Positions 25,791 to 34,328 of a stretch of DNA of 55,844 nt are shown here, in pieces. A program made the position numbers and the translations under genes. This DNA is from Phycisphaerales bacterium (GTDB taxonomy: Bacteria > Planctomycetota > Phycisphaerae > Phycisphaerales > UBA1924). The notes beneath the pieces are model-generated. The model did no database searches, had not been told where the DNA came from, and worked only from the letters and a program-made list of their open reading frames with translations. Where the stretch lies: contig JAGQOC010000076.1 of assembly GCA_020427745.1 (NCBI GenBank), positions 1 through 55,844 of the forward strand, in the 5' to 3' direction. Within the stretch, counting starts at the first letter, position 1; every line of letters begins with the position of its first letter.

Positions 25791-27425
25791 TCAAATCTCA
25801 CATTTCTGACTCAGTATTGGGTTGCTTGTGCGAATCCTTTCGTACTGGTTATTCTGAAACGCATTGAACGCCTGGTCCCATTTCTCCCGCGTCCAGCCTT
25901 CGGCCTGCACGATTTCGAATGGATCGCAGATCCGGTGCTGCTTGGCCACCCTGATGCAGGCGAGCACGAAGCGTTCCTCGTCGGTGAACTCTGCGGGCTC
26001 GGGCTGTGCTCGCCCCCTCCTTCCTGCTGCGGTGTTTCCCGCCCACCGCTCGCGATGAACCGCGCGTTGTTGGGGTCCGGTGAGATGCTCCCGGAGCATC
26101 CTGCTGGCTTGATCCTCATCGGACTGCGTGATGAACCCGTATTTCTGCTCCCGCAATAACCACGCGAACATCGCCCCCGGCTTCCTGCCTCGGCTGCGTG
26201 CTCTCTGAGCCAGCGACAGAAACTCCAGCCTGCCCGCCTCGCTGCTGCTGGCAAGCCCCAGGCCGCAGGCCTGGTCGTGGAGTTTGAGGAGTCGTTCCGT
26301 GTCCGAGAGATCGCGTGGTTGAATGTCGCGGATGTTCGGCGGGCTCGATGGCGGCCTGGGTGCCGCTCCCCTGCCCCGCTTTCTCATCCGAGTCGAGCCT
26401 GTCGAGACACCAGACGGCTTCCGCGTGTGGCGGAGCGTTCTGTTTGTTTGATTCCCCGGTAGGGGAAGAGAACCTGTTTGATCTGGGCTGGCAGATCCGC
26501 CTCCAAACGAGTTGTTCGGGCTGGCAGATCCGGCTGCATTTTGGTCTGTCCCCTCCCCCGCTGTTCGTAGAGTGTGTTCGCCCTGCTCACGATCGTCATC
26601 CAGATGCAGGCCCGTGTGCGACCAGTCGGGCACGATGCGGTCGTGCAGCCCCCACCGGTTCATGGCCCACTGGGAAACATCGAGCGGCTCCAGCCAGCCG
26701 AGTTCGATGAGTGTGTTTCGCGCATCGGTCGCCGCACGCCGCGAGATCCCGAAGTGCTTGCTCACCCACGAGAGCTTGTAGCGCCCGTCGGTGCGGTAGT
26801 CGCGGGTTTCCCGGTGCCAGTACAGCCCGCGGATCAGCACCGCCGTGATCAGGGCGGTGACGCCCTTCGAAAACCCCGCGGCCATCGCGCGGAGCAGCCT
26901 TCTGGGCACCGGGACCGACCGCCGGTTGTTGGGCATGGCGTCGAGCATCGCCCGGAAGCCGGCGATATCCTCGATCTTGATCTCGTCGGCATGCTGCGCG
27001 AACTCGATCGAGTGCGGATTGATGTGGACCAGCCCGAGGCGTGCGAGCCTGCGGATGTCGCCGCGGAGCTCACGCATCGCCTGCCCGCTCCCCTTCCCCC
27101 CGATCAGCCGCGAGCACTCTTCCGTGGTGTAGAGCGGCTTGCGCCCGGGCTTGTCGGCGTCCATGTAGCGGCGCTGCTCGGCAAGCTCGTGGGCCGCGAA
27201 GTACACGCGGTGCTGCCGCCGGGTGATGTGTCCGGTCTGGTAGAGCCACCACGAGAGGGCGAGCTGATGAACAGTGATCCTGCGGAAGCTGCCCTCGATG
27301 CGCGCGGCGCGTTCGCCGATCGATGAGGAACGCCTGTGCGTAGGTCGTTGCTGCTCTGGCTGTGATGCACTGCTCGCTTGCCGCCTGTGTGTGCGTGGTG
27401 CGTGCTGCACGCTTCGGTAGGTCAT
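25791..27425 (-). CDS. Putative plasmid replication initiator-like protein (544 aa)
   Basis: Start at ATG 27425, preceded by GGAGAGGA. Two winged-helix-like segments (IRRLARLGLVHINPHSIEF; ARNTLIELGWLEPLD). Divergent from parA across a 1.1-kb non-coding region. The long 28112-start extension is rejected. Confidence 0.4.
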   Translation of the reverse strand: MTYRSVQHAPRTHRRQASSASQPEQQRPTHRRSSSIGERAARIEGSFRRITVHQLALSWWLYQTGHITRRQHRVYFAAHELAEQRRYMDADKPGRKPLYTTEECSRLIGGKGSGQAMRELRGDIRRLARLGLVHINPHSIEFAQHADEIKIEDIAGFRAMLDAMPNNRRSVPVPRRLLRAMAAGFSKGVTALITAVLIRGLYWHRETRDYRTDGRYKLSWVSKHFGISRRAATDARNTLIELGWLEPLDVSQWAMNRWGLHDRIVPDWSHTGLHLDDDREQGEHTLRTAGEGTDQNAAGSASPNNSFGGGSASPDQTGSLPLPGNQTNRTLRHTRKPSGVSTGSTRMRKRGRGAAPRPPSSPPNIRDIQPRDLSDTERLLKLHDQACGLGLASSSEAGRLEFLSLAQRARSRGRKPGAMFAWLLREQKYGFITQSDEDQASRMLREHLTGPQQRAVHRERWAGNTAAGRRGRAQPEPAEFTDEERFVLACIRVAKQHRICDPFEIVQAEGWTREKWDQAFNAFQNNQYERIRTSNPILSQKCEI

Positions 27426-27530
27426 GTCGGTCCTCTCCGGCGCAAGAAGCAAGTACGCACGCAGCACCAAGGGTCCACCAAAGGCGTTGGTGGTTGACAG
27501 GGCGCAATCGTTCGGGGTAGGCTGGACGCA

Positions 27531-27620
27531 GTCGAATGCGAACCGGCCAGACCCCCTTCCCTCACGGGATCCAGGCCCTGAAGACCGCCCTGCTGAGCTG
27601 GAACTCACGGGCGGTTTTTC
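27531..27620 (+). ncRNA. Speculative small transcript defined by a promoter-like and a terminator-like element
   Basis: TTGACA (27494-27499), N18, TAGGCT (27518-23) upstream. Hairpin ACCGCCC...GGGCGGT plus TTTTT at 27586-27620. No coding potential seen. Confidence 0.2.
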
Positions 27621-27640
27621 ATTGGTGTTCAACAGGCTGC

Positions 27641-27665
27641 ACAGGTTCGAGTCCTGTATTGCCCA
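27641..27665 (+). other. tRNA 3'-half-like sequence (T-arm plus acceptor 3' strand), not a complete tRNA
   Basis: ACAGG-TTCGAGT-CCTGT is a canonical T-stem/T-loop (GGTTCGAGTCC), followed by a 7-nt ATTGCCC and a discriminator-like A. No matching 5' acceptor or D-arm at the expected distance. Confidence 0.5.
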
Positions 27666-28546
27666 TTGTGATGTGCTGCGGTGCTGCTCGTTCGCGCCTC
27701 CTGGTGAATGGTGGCCCCTCCCCCGCACGCGGGACGCGCGCATGAAACCGGAGGGCTGCCCGGGATGGGCACCACCACCGTGCCGTGAGTCGCGTGAGCG
27801 CGTCAAGCGCGGGGATCCGGGCGTCTGGCACGGGTTCCGATTCGGTTCTGCACACCGCCGCATGCCCTGAGCCGAGTAGCCCCGGTCGGCCGGCCCCGCA
27901 CACATTGGGCGGGCCGCCCGGGGTGGGTTGAAGGAGATCGAATGACATCTGTGCGCGCCCTGAGCGCGAATCGGCGTGACCACTCGGTTGGCGATGCGAC
28001 CCGCCCCGCTCGGGAGTGACCGCTCGCGTTGGGCGTGCCGATGCGCACCGATCGGTGCACCCCGCTCGACCGGGGCGGCACGGGGTCGGGAGTCTGGTCG
28101 TGTTGAGCTCAACGCACAAAGCTGTGGATAGATGTGTGGAAGACGCGCGATTGAGTCTCGCTTATACAGGGCCTGGATTGAAGCCGACGGCTCGGATCAA
28201 CAATCACGATCGATGCGATCTCGATTCGGCACGGTGTTCTGATCGCGCCGCAGGGGCAGGGCGTGCGGGTCATGTCGCCGGTGCCCGGGCATCGTGCCCA
28301 TCGCACGCGGGGTATCCCGATCGGCACCGCGCCAGAGGGGTATCGCGCCCGCTGCCCTGTGGACAACACGCACCAGCACCTTGACGGGGGACCGCTTGCT
28401 GTGCCAGGCTTGGATCAGGACCGGACGAGCGGCCCCACACAACCGGGGCATGCCGCGCCGGCCCGATCAAACCGACCACCTTCGCCCGGGGCCACTCGAC
28501 GAGCCCCGAGCGGGAGGAGGGTGGAACACCAACCGGGAGAAGATAC

Positions 28547-29446
28547 ATGGCACGCAAGCCCGCTGAGAAGCAAACTAAAACGAAGCCGACCACCACCGTG
28601 ATTGCCGTCGGCAACCAGAAGGGCGGGGTGGGGAAGACCACCACCGCCGTGAACCTCGCCGCGGCCCTCGGCACGATGGGGAAACGGTCGCTAATCATCG
28701 ATCTGGACGCAAACTGCGGCGCGACGCGGAGCTTCGGCATCCCGCCGGAGAGCTACCTCGGCAGCTTCGAGGTGATGCTCGGCGAGGAGGACCCGGTGAG
28801 CGTGGCGATCGAGACCGACGCGGAGGAGGGGATCGAGCTGCCCGAAGGGGTGGCGCTCATCACCGCCAACCGGAACCTCGAGATTGTCGACAGCGAGCTC
28901 ATCAAGAAGCACCGGCTGGTCGACTACCGCGACTGCCTCCGCAAGCCCATCGAAACGCTGCGTGCATCGGGCAGGTGGGACTACATCTTTCTGGACACCG
29001 CCCCGAACATCCACACGCCCACAGCTGCGGCGTACCGGGTCGCGGAGTGGTTTATCCTGACGGCGACGCCGGATCGATTGGCAATCGACGGGCTCAACGA
29101 CGCGATGAGCGATATCGATACCGTCCGACGGTACAACAACCCGGACCTCAAGCTCCTGGGTGTGGTGCTCTCCCGGGTGAGCCGGAACACCAAGCTCGCC
29201 GGGGAGGTGATCAACTGGGTGGAGGAAGCCTTCAAGGACGCGGGGATCTACGGGGATTTCAGGATCCGCATCAGCAGCACGACAGAGGTACCCAAGGCGC
29301 AGCGGGACGGGCTGACCATCCTGCAGACCAGGCCAAGCCACAAGGTGGCCCTGGAGTACAAGAAGCTGGCGCGAGAGTTCCTCAAGCGGCTCAGGCAGAG
29401 CGAGCAGCCGGCGAAGAAGTCCTCGAAACCCAAACAAGCGGCGTAG
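28547..29446 (+). CDS. parA: ParA/Soj-family partition ATPase
   Basis: Deviant Walker A in VIAVGNQKGGVGKTTTAVNLAAAL, followed by IIDLDANCG and FLDTAP motifs. Confidence 0.9.
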   Translation: MARKPAEKQTKTKPTTTVIAVGNQKGGVGKTTTAVNLAAALGTMGKRSLIIDLDANCGATRSFGIPPESYLGSFEVMLGEEDPVSVAIETDAEEGIELPEGVALITANRNLEIVDSELIKKHRLVDYRDCLRKPIETLRASGRWDYIFLDTAPNIHTPTAAAYRVAEWFILTATPDRLAIDGLNDAMSDIDTVRRYNNPDLKLLGVVLSRVSRNTKLAGEVINWVEEAFKDAGIYGDFRIRISSTTEVPKAQRDGLTILQTRPSHKVALEYKKLAREFLKRLRQSEQPAKKSSKPKQAA

Positions 29447-29455
29447 GGCAGGGCG

Positions 29456-29896
29456 ATGGCGAAGAAACGAGACGCACCCACCGAGAACCCGCTGCTGCGG
29501 AACCGTGTAGGCTCGATCGTGGGCGAGGTGGAGCAGGGGAGGGGACAGACCGCCCCAGTACTGACGGAGCGAGCATTAAAGAAAGCACCAGCCAATCCGA
29601 AACGAGCACCCGGGAAGAAGGGTAGGGAGTACCTGCATGTGAAAACACGGTTTACCAAGGAGGAAGCCGCGGCGATGGATCGGTTCACGCGGACGCTGTC
29701 GGCGTACATGCAGACGAAGCTCTGGGGGAGCGAGGTCACACGGGCGCTGTGGACGATCGCGATCAGGGCGGAAGAACGGCTGGCGGAGATGTCGCACAAT
29801 GCTCCAGCCTTGGAACGACCGAGCAACGGGGACAGGATGGCCTATGCCGAGTTCGAGGACGCGATCGCGGAGTATCTACAGAGGGTCCTGCGTTGA
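29456..29896 (+). CDS. Putative centromere-binding partner of ParA (RHH/ParG-like)
   Basis: Lies 9 nt downstream of parA. Basic disordered N-terminus, then an RHH-like strand-helix LHVKTRFTKEEAAAMDRFTRTLS. Function inferred from position. Confidence 0.45.
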   Translation: MAKKRDAPTENPLLRNRVGSIVGEVEQGRGQTAPVLTERALKKAPANPKRAPGKKGREYLHVKTRFTKEEAAAMDRFTRTLSAYMQTKLWGSEVTRALWTIAIRAEERLAEMSHNAPALERPSNGDRMAYAEFEDAIAEYLQRVLR

Positions 29897-30151
29897 GTAA
29901 TGCACGGCAACAGAGGCCTTCAAATCGCTTACGAAACACCCTGCTGACCGACAGGGGCCTCCGTCATACCTGAGTCAGCGGGACAGTTCCTAAACTATTT
30001 ACGGCCTAGATAGGCCTCTGGAGCTTGGAAACGAGAGTTCTGACTTCGCCGTGAAGCCAGAGTGCGGGTCGGTCCTTAATGTGTATAGCGAATGGTTGTA
30101 TGTCTGTCTGTGCCGATACTCTGCACCATTGACTCCGAGTACAATGCTCCT

Positions 30152-33100
30152 ATGGGAGACAGCGACTCACTCCAAATCCCAGTGGCTCTTCGAAACATGC
30201 TGGAATCCGGCAATGGCGTGCTCTTCGTCGGCGCTGGGATCGGATGGTCCGCGCTTGACGCCCAGGACAATCCGATGCCTGATGGATCCCGACTGGCCGG
30301 AGAGCTCGCGGAGCAGTTTGATATTGACCTAGGTTCATCCGCCGATCTCGCGAAAGCCGCACAAGTCGTGGAGATTCGGCATGGAAGAGAGAAACTTGAA
30401 TCATTCCTTTCGAAACGCCTAACTGGCTTCGAGCCGAATGAACACCTGCGTTGGCTCTTCTCCCTTAGATGGAAGGCGATATTCACTACAAACTATGATT
30501 TCGTCATCCAGCAATGTTACCAGCTTGCACCAAAGCCACCTCAGAAACCTGTGACCGTCAGCTCGGCCCAACGGCTTAGTAATCTAGATCCTCGCTTCGA
30601 TGTTCCGATCTACCATCTACATGGATGCCTGTATGACGGGTCCGAATCGCACATCCTTATCACCGCACAAGACTACGCTGAATTCGCCGAACGACGGCGA
30701 ATGCTCTTTGAACTGCTCAAGCGGGAATGTGCCACGAGCAACATCCTCTATGTCGGCTACAGCAATCAAGACCCGAACTGGTCAATGATCCTCTCCGAAA
30801 TGAGGAGTGAGTTTGCTCCAGCGACTCCACCCACTTCTTTTCGCGTGGCCAAAACGACTGACTCGTTAGATAGAGAGATACTTGCAGCACAGGGTATTGA
30901 GACTCTGGATGCCACAATTGATTCCTTTGCGACCACCGCTTCAGCAGTCGTCGATCTGAATTCGGCTGCCGTAGCCACCTACGACGCCGCACGCAAACAA
31001 GTGCCTTCTGGGTTGGCCTCGGCATTCGATGTCAGCCCCGCCGCCACACTACGACTTCTCAACTCTTGGGAGTTTGTCAATCAAGCCGATTTCAATGGTG
31101 ATCCAAAGACGCTGGAGTTTCTTAAAGGGAATCAACCGAACTGGGCCACAATCGCCCAGGGGCACAGTTTTGCCCGCGATATCGAATCGGTGGTCATGGA
31201 CGAAATCATCGACTTTGCCACAGCTCCGAAGCCGGGGTATCGCTCTCATATCCTACTTGGGGCTGCGGGTTTTGGCATCACGACGGCATTGATGCGCATC
31301 GCATTCGGTATCGTCCAAGAAGACGCCGCCACGGTCCTGCGTTTGAGGCCAGGAGCAACCATCATACGCGGGGATGTTGAGTTCGCGTGCTCGCTCGGAA
31401 AAGGACCCGTGGTGTTTGTCGTTGACAACGCTGCGGATCATGCCGTTTCTATTCATGACGCAGCGGTACATCTGCGCTCACGCCGCCTTGCGCACTTGTT
31501 CTTGTTGGGGGAACGGTTGAATGAATGGCGTGCCGTTTATGCGAGGGTGAAGGCGTCCGAATATGGTGTTGATTCTCTGAGTGAAGTTGAAATCGAGCGC
31601 CTTCTTGATTTCTTGAATGCCCACAACGCACTGAACAAGTTGGAGTATCTCACTCCAGAACTGCGCAAGGCCGCAATTCGAGAAAAACACGACCGCCAAC
31701 TACTTGTTGCGATGAAAGAGACCACGGAGGGAGCTGCGTTCTCAGCAATCATCGAAGACGAGTTTCGTTCTCTAGACTCAGATCGACACAGAAGAATCTA
31801 TGCAATCGTCGCGAGTGCATACTCCGATCGCCGGCTCCTTCGAGATACGCTGCTTGCCGACATTCTCGATCTTACGGTCATCGAGATGTACAAGGCGATA
31901 GACGATTCGCTGGATGGGGTAATCCTATTCGATTGCGTCAATGAAGCCCGTGGCCTCCACGCCGCCCGATGTCGGCATCACGCGATTGCCGAAATCGTCT
32001 GGGAACGCTGTGTACTTCCTGGTGAACGGGAGCAGATTCTCCAAGACCTTGTGCGGAGCCTCAACCTCTACTACCACCAGGATGCCAAGCTGTTTGAAGC
32101 CTTGGTTCGCGATGACCGTCAGGTCGATGGTCTCGGCTCACTGGAAGGGAAGATCAACTTCTTCGAGTGGGCCTGCAAGAAGGATCCCGGGAGTCCCTAT
32201 GTACGCCAGCACTATGCACGCATGCTCCAAAGAGCCGAACGATTCGAACTAGCGCTGTCCCAAATAGAAGCGGCGATCCAGTTGGGTCCGAATACTCGAG
32301 TGCTGTACCACACTAAGGGTGTGATACTGCGCAGCATGGCACTTAAGTCTGAAGGACTTGAAGTCGCGCGTCGTCGTCTGGCGCAAGCGGAAGAATCATT
32401 CCGAGATGCCATCGGCCGTGATCGGCGTGACACCTACGCCTATCAGAGCTTGGCTGAGCTTTACCTAGGCTGGGCACAGCGAACAGACGATCCCTCTGAA
32501 CAGGCAGCCTACCTCGCCAAGTGCGAGGAGACGATTAGCAGTGGACTCTTGAACGCCCGCCAACGAGATGAGCTCTGGATTGTCTCCTCGAAGGTCCAAC
32601 GCTGGATCGGTGACAAACCTGCAGCAATCGAGTCGCTTAAAAAGGCTGGCGCAAGTCCTGTTGCCATGTACCTGCTTGGTCGAGCGTACTTGAACGCGAA
32701 CAAACCTTGGGAGGCCCGCGCAGTCCTCGAGAAAGTCCTTGAGGCCGAGCCAGAGCAGTATCGTGCCGCGATGTGCTACGCGGAGTGCCTCCTGAGGTCC
32801 GGAGAACCGTGTTCACAGGCGCTCGCCGCTCTCAAGCTTGCAGAACTCTATGGGCTGAGAGATCCTGAATTCATTGCCATGTTTGGCGGGCTGCTATTCC
32901 TGACTGAAGAACACTCTGAAGCCGTGAAGGTATTCAACAGAGGCAAACGAGGCGACCTGCCGATTGAGGACCGCCGTCGAATCTCATTCAGGCCAAGTTT
33001 ACAAGAAGACCCTGACAAACCGCTCAGACTAAAAGGGACCGTGGGTGATGTCAGTGCGGGATACCTCTGGCTGCAGGTGCCCGGAATGCCCGGTATATTT

Positions 33101-33205
33101 GCACCGGGAACTCACATTGGTGGACGACCAGTTCGACGGGGGCAGGACATTGAGTTCGATTTAGCTTTCAACGCAGAAGGCGCAATCGGGCTGAACCTCT
33201 CATAG
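30152..33205 (+). CDS. SIR2-like NADase domain fused to an NTPase-like (degenerate P-loop), TPR-like and C-terminal cold-shock/OB-like region (1017 aa); candidate anti-phage protein
   Basis: SIR2_2-type signatures VLFVGAGIG, AIFTTNYD, IYHLHGCL and ILYVGYSNQDPNW. Central GAAGFGITT and VVFVVDNA. TPR-like helices. C-terminus LKGTVGDVSAGYLWLQV...RRGQDIEFDL. Start is at the second ATG. Confidence 0.75.
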   Translation: MGDSDSLQIPVALRNMLESGNGVLFVGAGIGWSALDAQDNPMPDGSRLAGELAEQFDIDLGSSADLAKAAQVVEIRHGREKLESFLSKRLTGFEPNEHLRWLFSLRWKAIFTTNYDFVIQQCYQLAPKPPQKPVTVSSAQRLSNLDPRFDVPIYHLHGCLYDGSESHILITAQDYAEFAERRRMLFELLKRECATSNILYVGYSNQDPNWSMILSEMRSEFAPATPPTSFRVAKTTDSLDREILAAQGIETLDATIDSFATTASAVVDLNSAAVATYDAARKQVPSGLASAFDVSPAATLRLLNSWEFVNQADFNGDPKTLEFLKGNQPNWATIAQGHSFARDIESVVMDEIIDFATAPKPGYRSHILLGAAGFGITTALMRIAFGIVQEDAATVLRLRPGATIIRGDVEFACSLGKGPVVFVVDNAADHAVSIHDAAVHLRSRRLAHLFLLGERLNEWRAVYARVKASEYGVDSLSEVEIERLLDFLNAHNALNKLEYLTPELRKAAIREKHDRQLLVAMKETTEGAAFSAIIEDEFRSLDSDRHRRIYAIVASAYSDRRLLRDTLLADILDLTVIEMYKAIDDSLDGVILFDCVNEARGLHAARCRHHAIAEIVWERCVLPGEREQILQDLVRSLNLYYHQDAKLFEALVRDDRQVDGLGSLEGKINFFEWACKKDPGSPYVRQHYARMLQRAERFELALSQIEAAIQLGPNTRVLYHTKGVILRSMALKSEGLEVARRRLAQAEESFRDAIGRDRRDTYAYQSLAELYLGWAQRTDDPSEQAAYLAKCEETISSGLLNARQRDELWIVSSKVQRWIGDKPAAIESLKKAGASPVAMYLLGRAYLNANKPWEARAVLEKVLEAEPEQYRAAMCYAECLLRSGEPCSQALAALKLAELYGLRDPEFIAMFGGLLFLTEEHSEAVKVFNRGKRGDLPIEDRRRISFRPSLQEDPDKPLRLKGTVGDVSAGYLWLQVPGMPGIFAPGTHIGGRPVRRGQDIEFDLAFNAEGAIGLNLS

Positions 33206-33406
33206 ATCACGCTCCTTTACTCGCTCGCGGGCGGTGGTCTGGGCTATTGGCATGTTGGGTAGTTCAATCGCACCATGTGTTTCCCCGAGTGGTAGGATAT
33301 GATGGAGTTGCGGTGTAAACACTGAAAATCTCCGCACTTATCAAGTGTCTTCCAGGCCAATCGGGATAAAGGATTTGAACTGTAGCTAATCCTAGTAGTA
33401 CCTCAG

Positions 33407-34156
33407 CTAGGGCTCACCGTTACCGTTACTCGTACACAACTTGACGATGTTGTGCTGCCCCGCCGCAGCGATGACCATCGCGCGTTTGACGGACTCCTGC
33501 CCCTTGATCTCCGAGAAATCGATCGGCGCGGACGCGAGCGCGATCATCGACGCGACATCCACCGGCGGGTGCGGCTCCAGCGGTAGCTCGCCGTTGACCA
33601 GCCCGACCACCTCCGCCAGCGTCGATACGCCGAACACGCGGACGCCCCCCACCACAGAGGCTTCCGATGCGTTGGCGATCGGCACGATCACCGCATCCAG
33701 GCCCATCGACCTCGCGAGCTCGGCCATCGCGATGGCTCCCCTGATCGGGCGAACCCGACCGTCCAGCGCGAGCTCCCCCGCGAAGAGCACCCGCCGGGGA
33801 TCGAGCCCACGCTCGTCCTCGAGAAGATCTCCCCCCCCGTTCGGGATCCCGACCGGCGCACGATGGTGGATCACCTGCTGGGCCATCAGCAGCCCCACCG
33901 CGATCGGGAGATCGTACATCGGCCCTTCCTTGCGCACATCCGCGGGCGCAAGGTTGATCAGCGTCCGCCCCAGCGGCATCGGGTACCCGGTGTTCCCGAT
34001 CGCGGCACGGACGCGTTCGAGCGATTCCCGTACCGCGGCGTCCGGAAGCCCGACAATCAGTTCCTTCTGCAGCTGCGCATCGTCCAGATCAATCTCGATC
34101 TCGCAAGGCGTAGCGTCAATACCCTGAAGGATGAAGCTATGGATCTTGGGAACCAT
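33407..34156 (-). pseudogene. comM: Truncated comM/yifB (Mg-chelatase-like AAA+ protein): N-terminal ~235 codons only
   Basis: The N-terminal domain is conserved up to EIKGQESVKRAMVIAAAGQHNI. The expected Walker A (GPPGxGKT) is replaced by VKLCTSNGNGEP and a stop. The DNA left of ~33,445 is lower-GC element sequence. Confidence 0.75.
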
Positions 34157-34328
34157 GCCGATAGAATACCAAACATTCTCGCTGTTTCAAGGGCTTTGTT
34201 TGGGAATTATAGACAAACCGATGAAATCAGGCCTGGAACAGGGGTATCCGAAGATCCCCCTTCAGACACCCGTCTCCCTTGATCCAAAGGATTGACTGCT
34301 ACATGTGTTTCACTTCAGGTACACTCCG

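Larger units (their letters stand above)
1..33445. mobile_element. Right-hand portion of an integrated conjugative/mobilizable plasmid-like element (backbone plus low-GC cargo blocks); its right end interrupts comM/yifB
   Basis: Carries T4CP, MobC plus relaxase, ArdC, DUF6876-like, Rep-like, ParA/RHH, TA and toxin/defence cargo. It ends where the minus-strand comM reading frame leaves the conserved sequence (~33,443-33,448). The left end lies outside the window. Confidence 0.6.

Noticed and set aside
27609-27665. A complete tRNA gene.
   Set aside because: Only 57 nt separate the possible 5' acceptor strand from the discriminator. There is no D-arm and no convincing anticodon arm, and the acceptor pairing needs two G-U pairs. 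I treated it as a tRNA 3'-half-like fragment instead.
27426-28112. N-terminal 229-codon extension of the Rep-like ORF (25791..28112), and other ORFs inside the Rep/ParA intergenic region (27424..27870, 27619..28119, 28016..28384, 28270..28740).
   Set aside because: Their composition is junk-like (Arg/Pro/Gly/Ser runs). A good GGAGAGGA Shine-Dalgarno precedes the internal ATG at 27425. The region is better explained as a non-coding origin or regulatory region.
33380-33445. A Tn7-like transposon end at the comM junction (TGT/ACA terminus, TnsB-site repeats; the tandem TAACGG TAACGG).
   Set aside because: I could not find a set of repeated ~20-bp binding sites, and no tns-like genes lie near this end. 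The evidence is too thin to call the element type.
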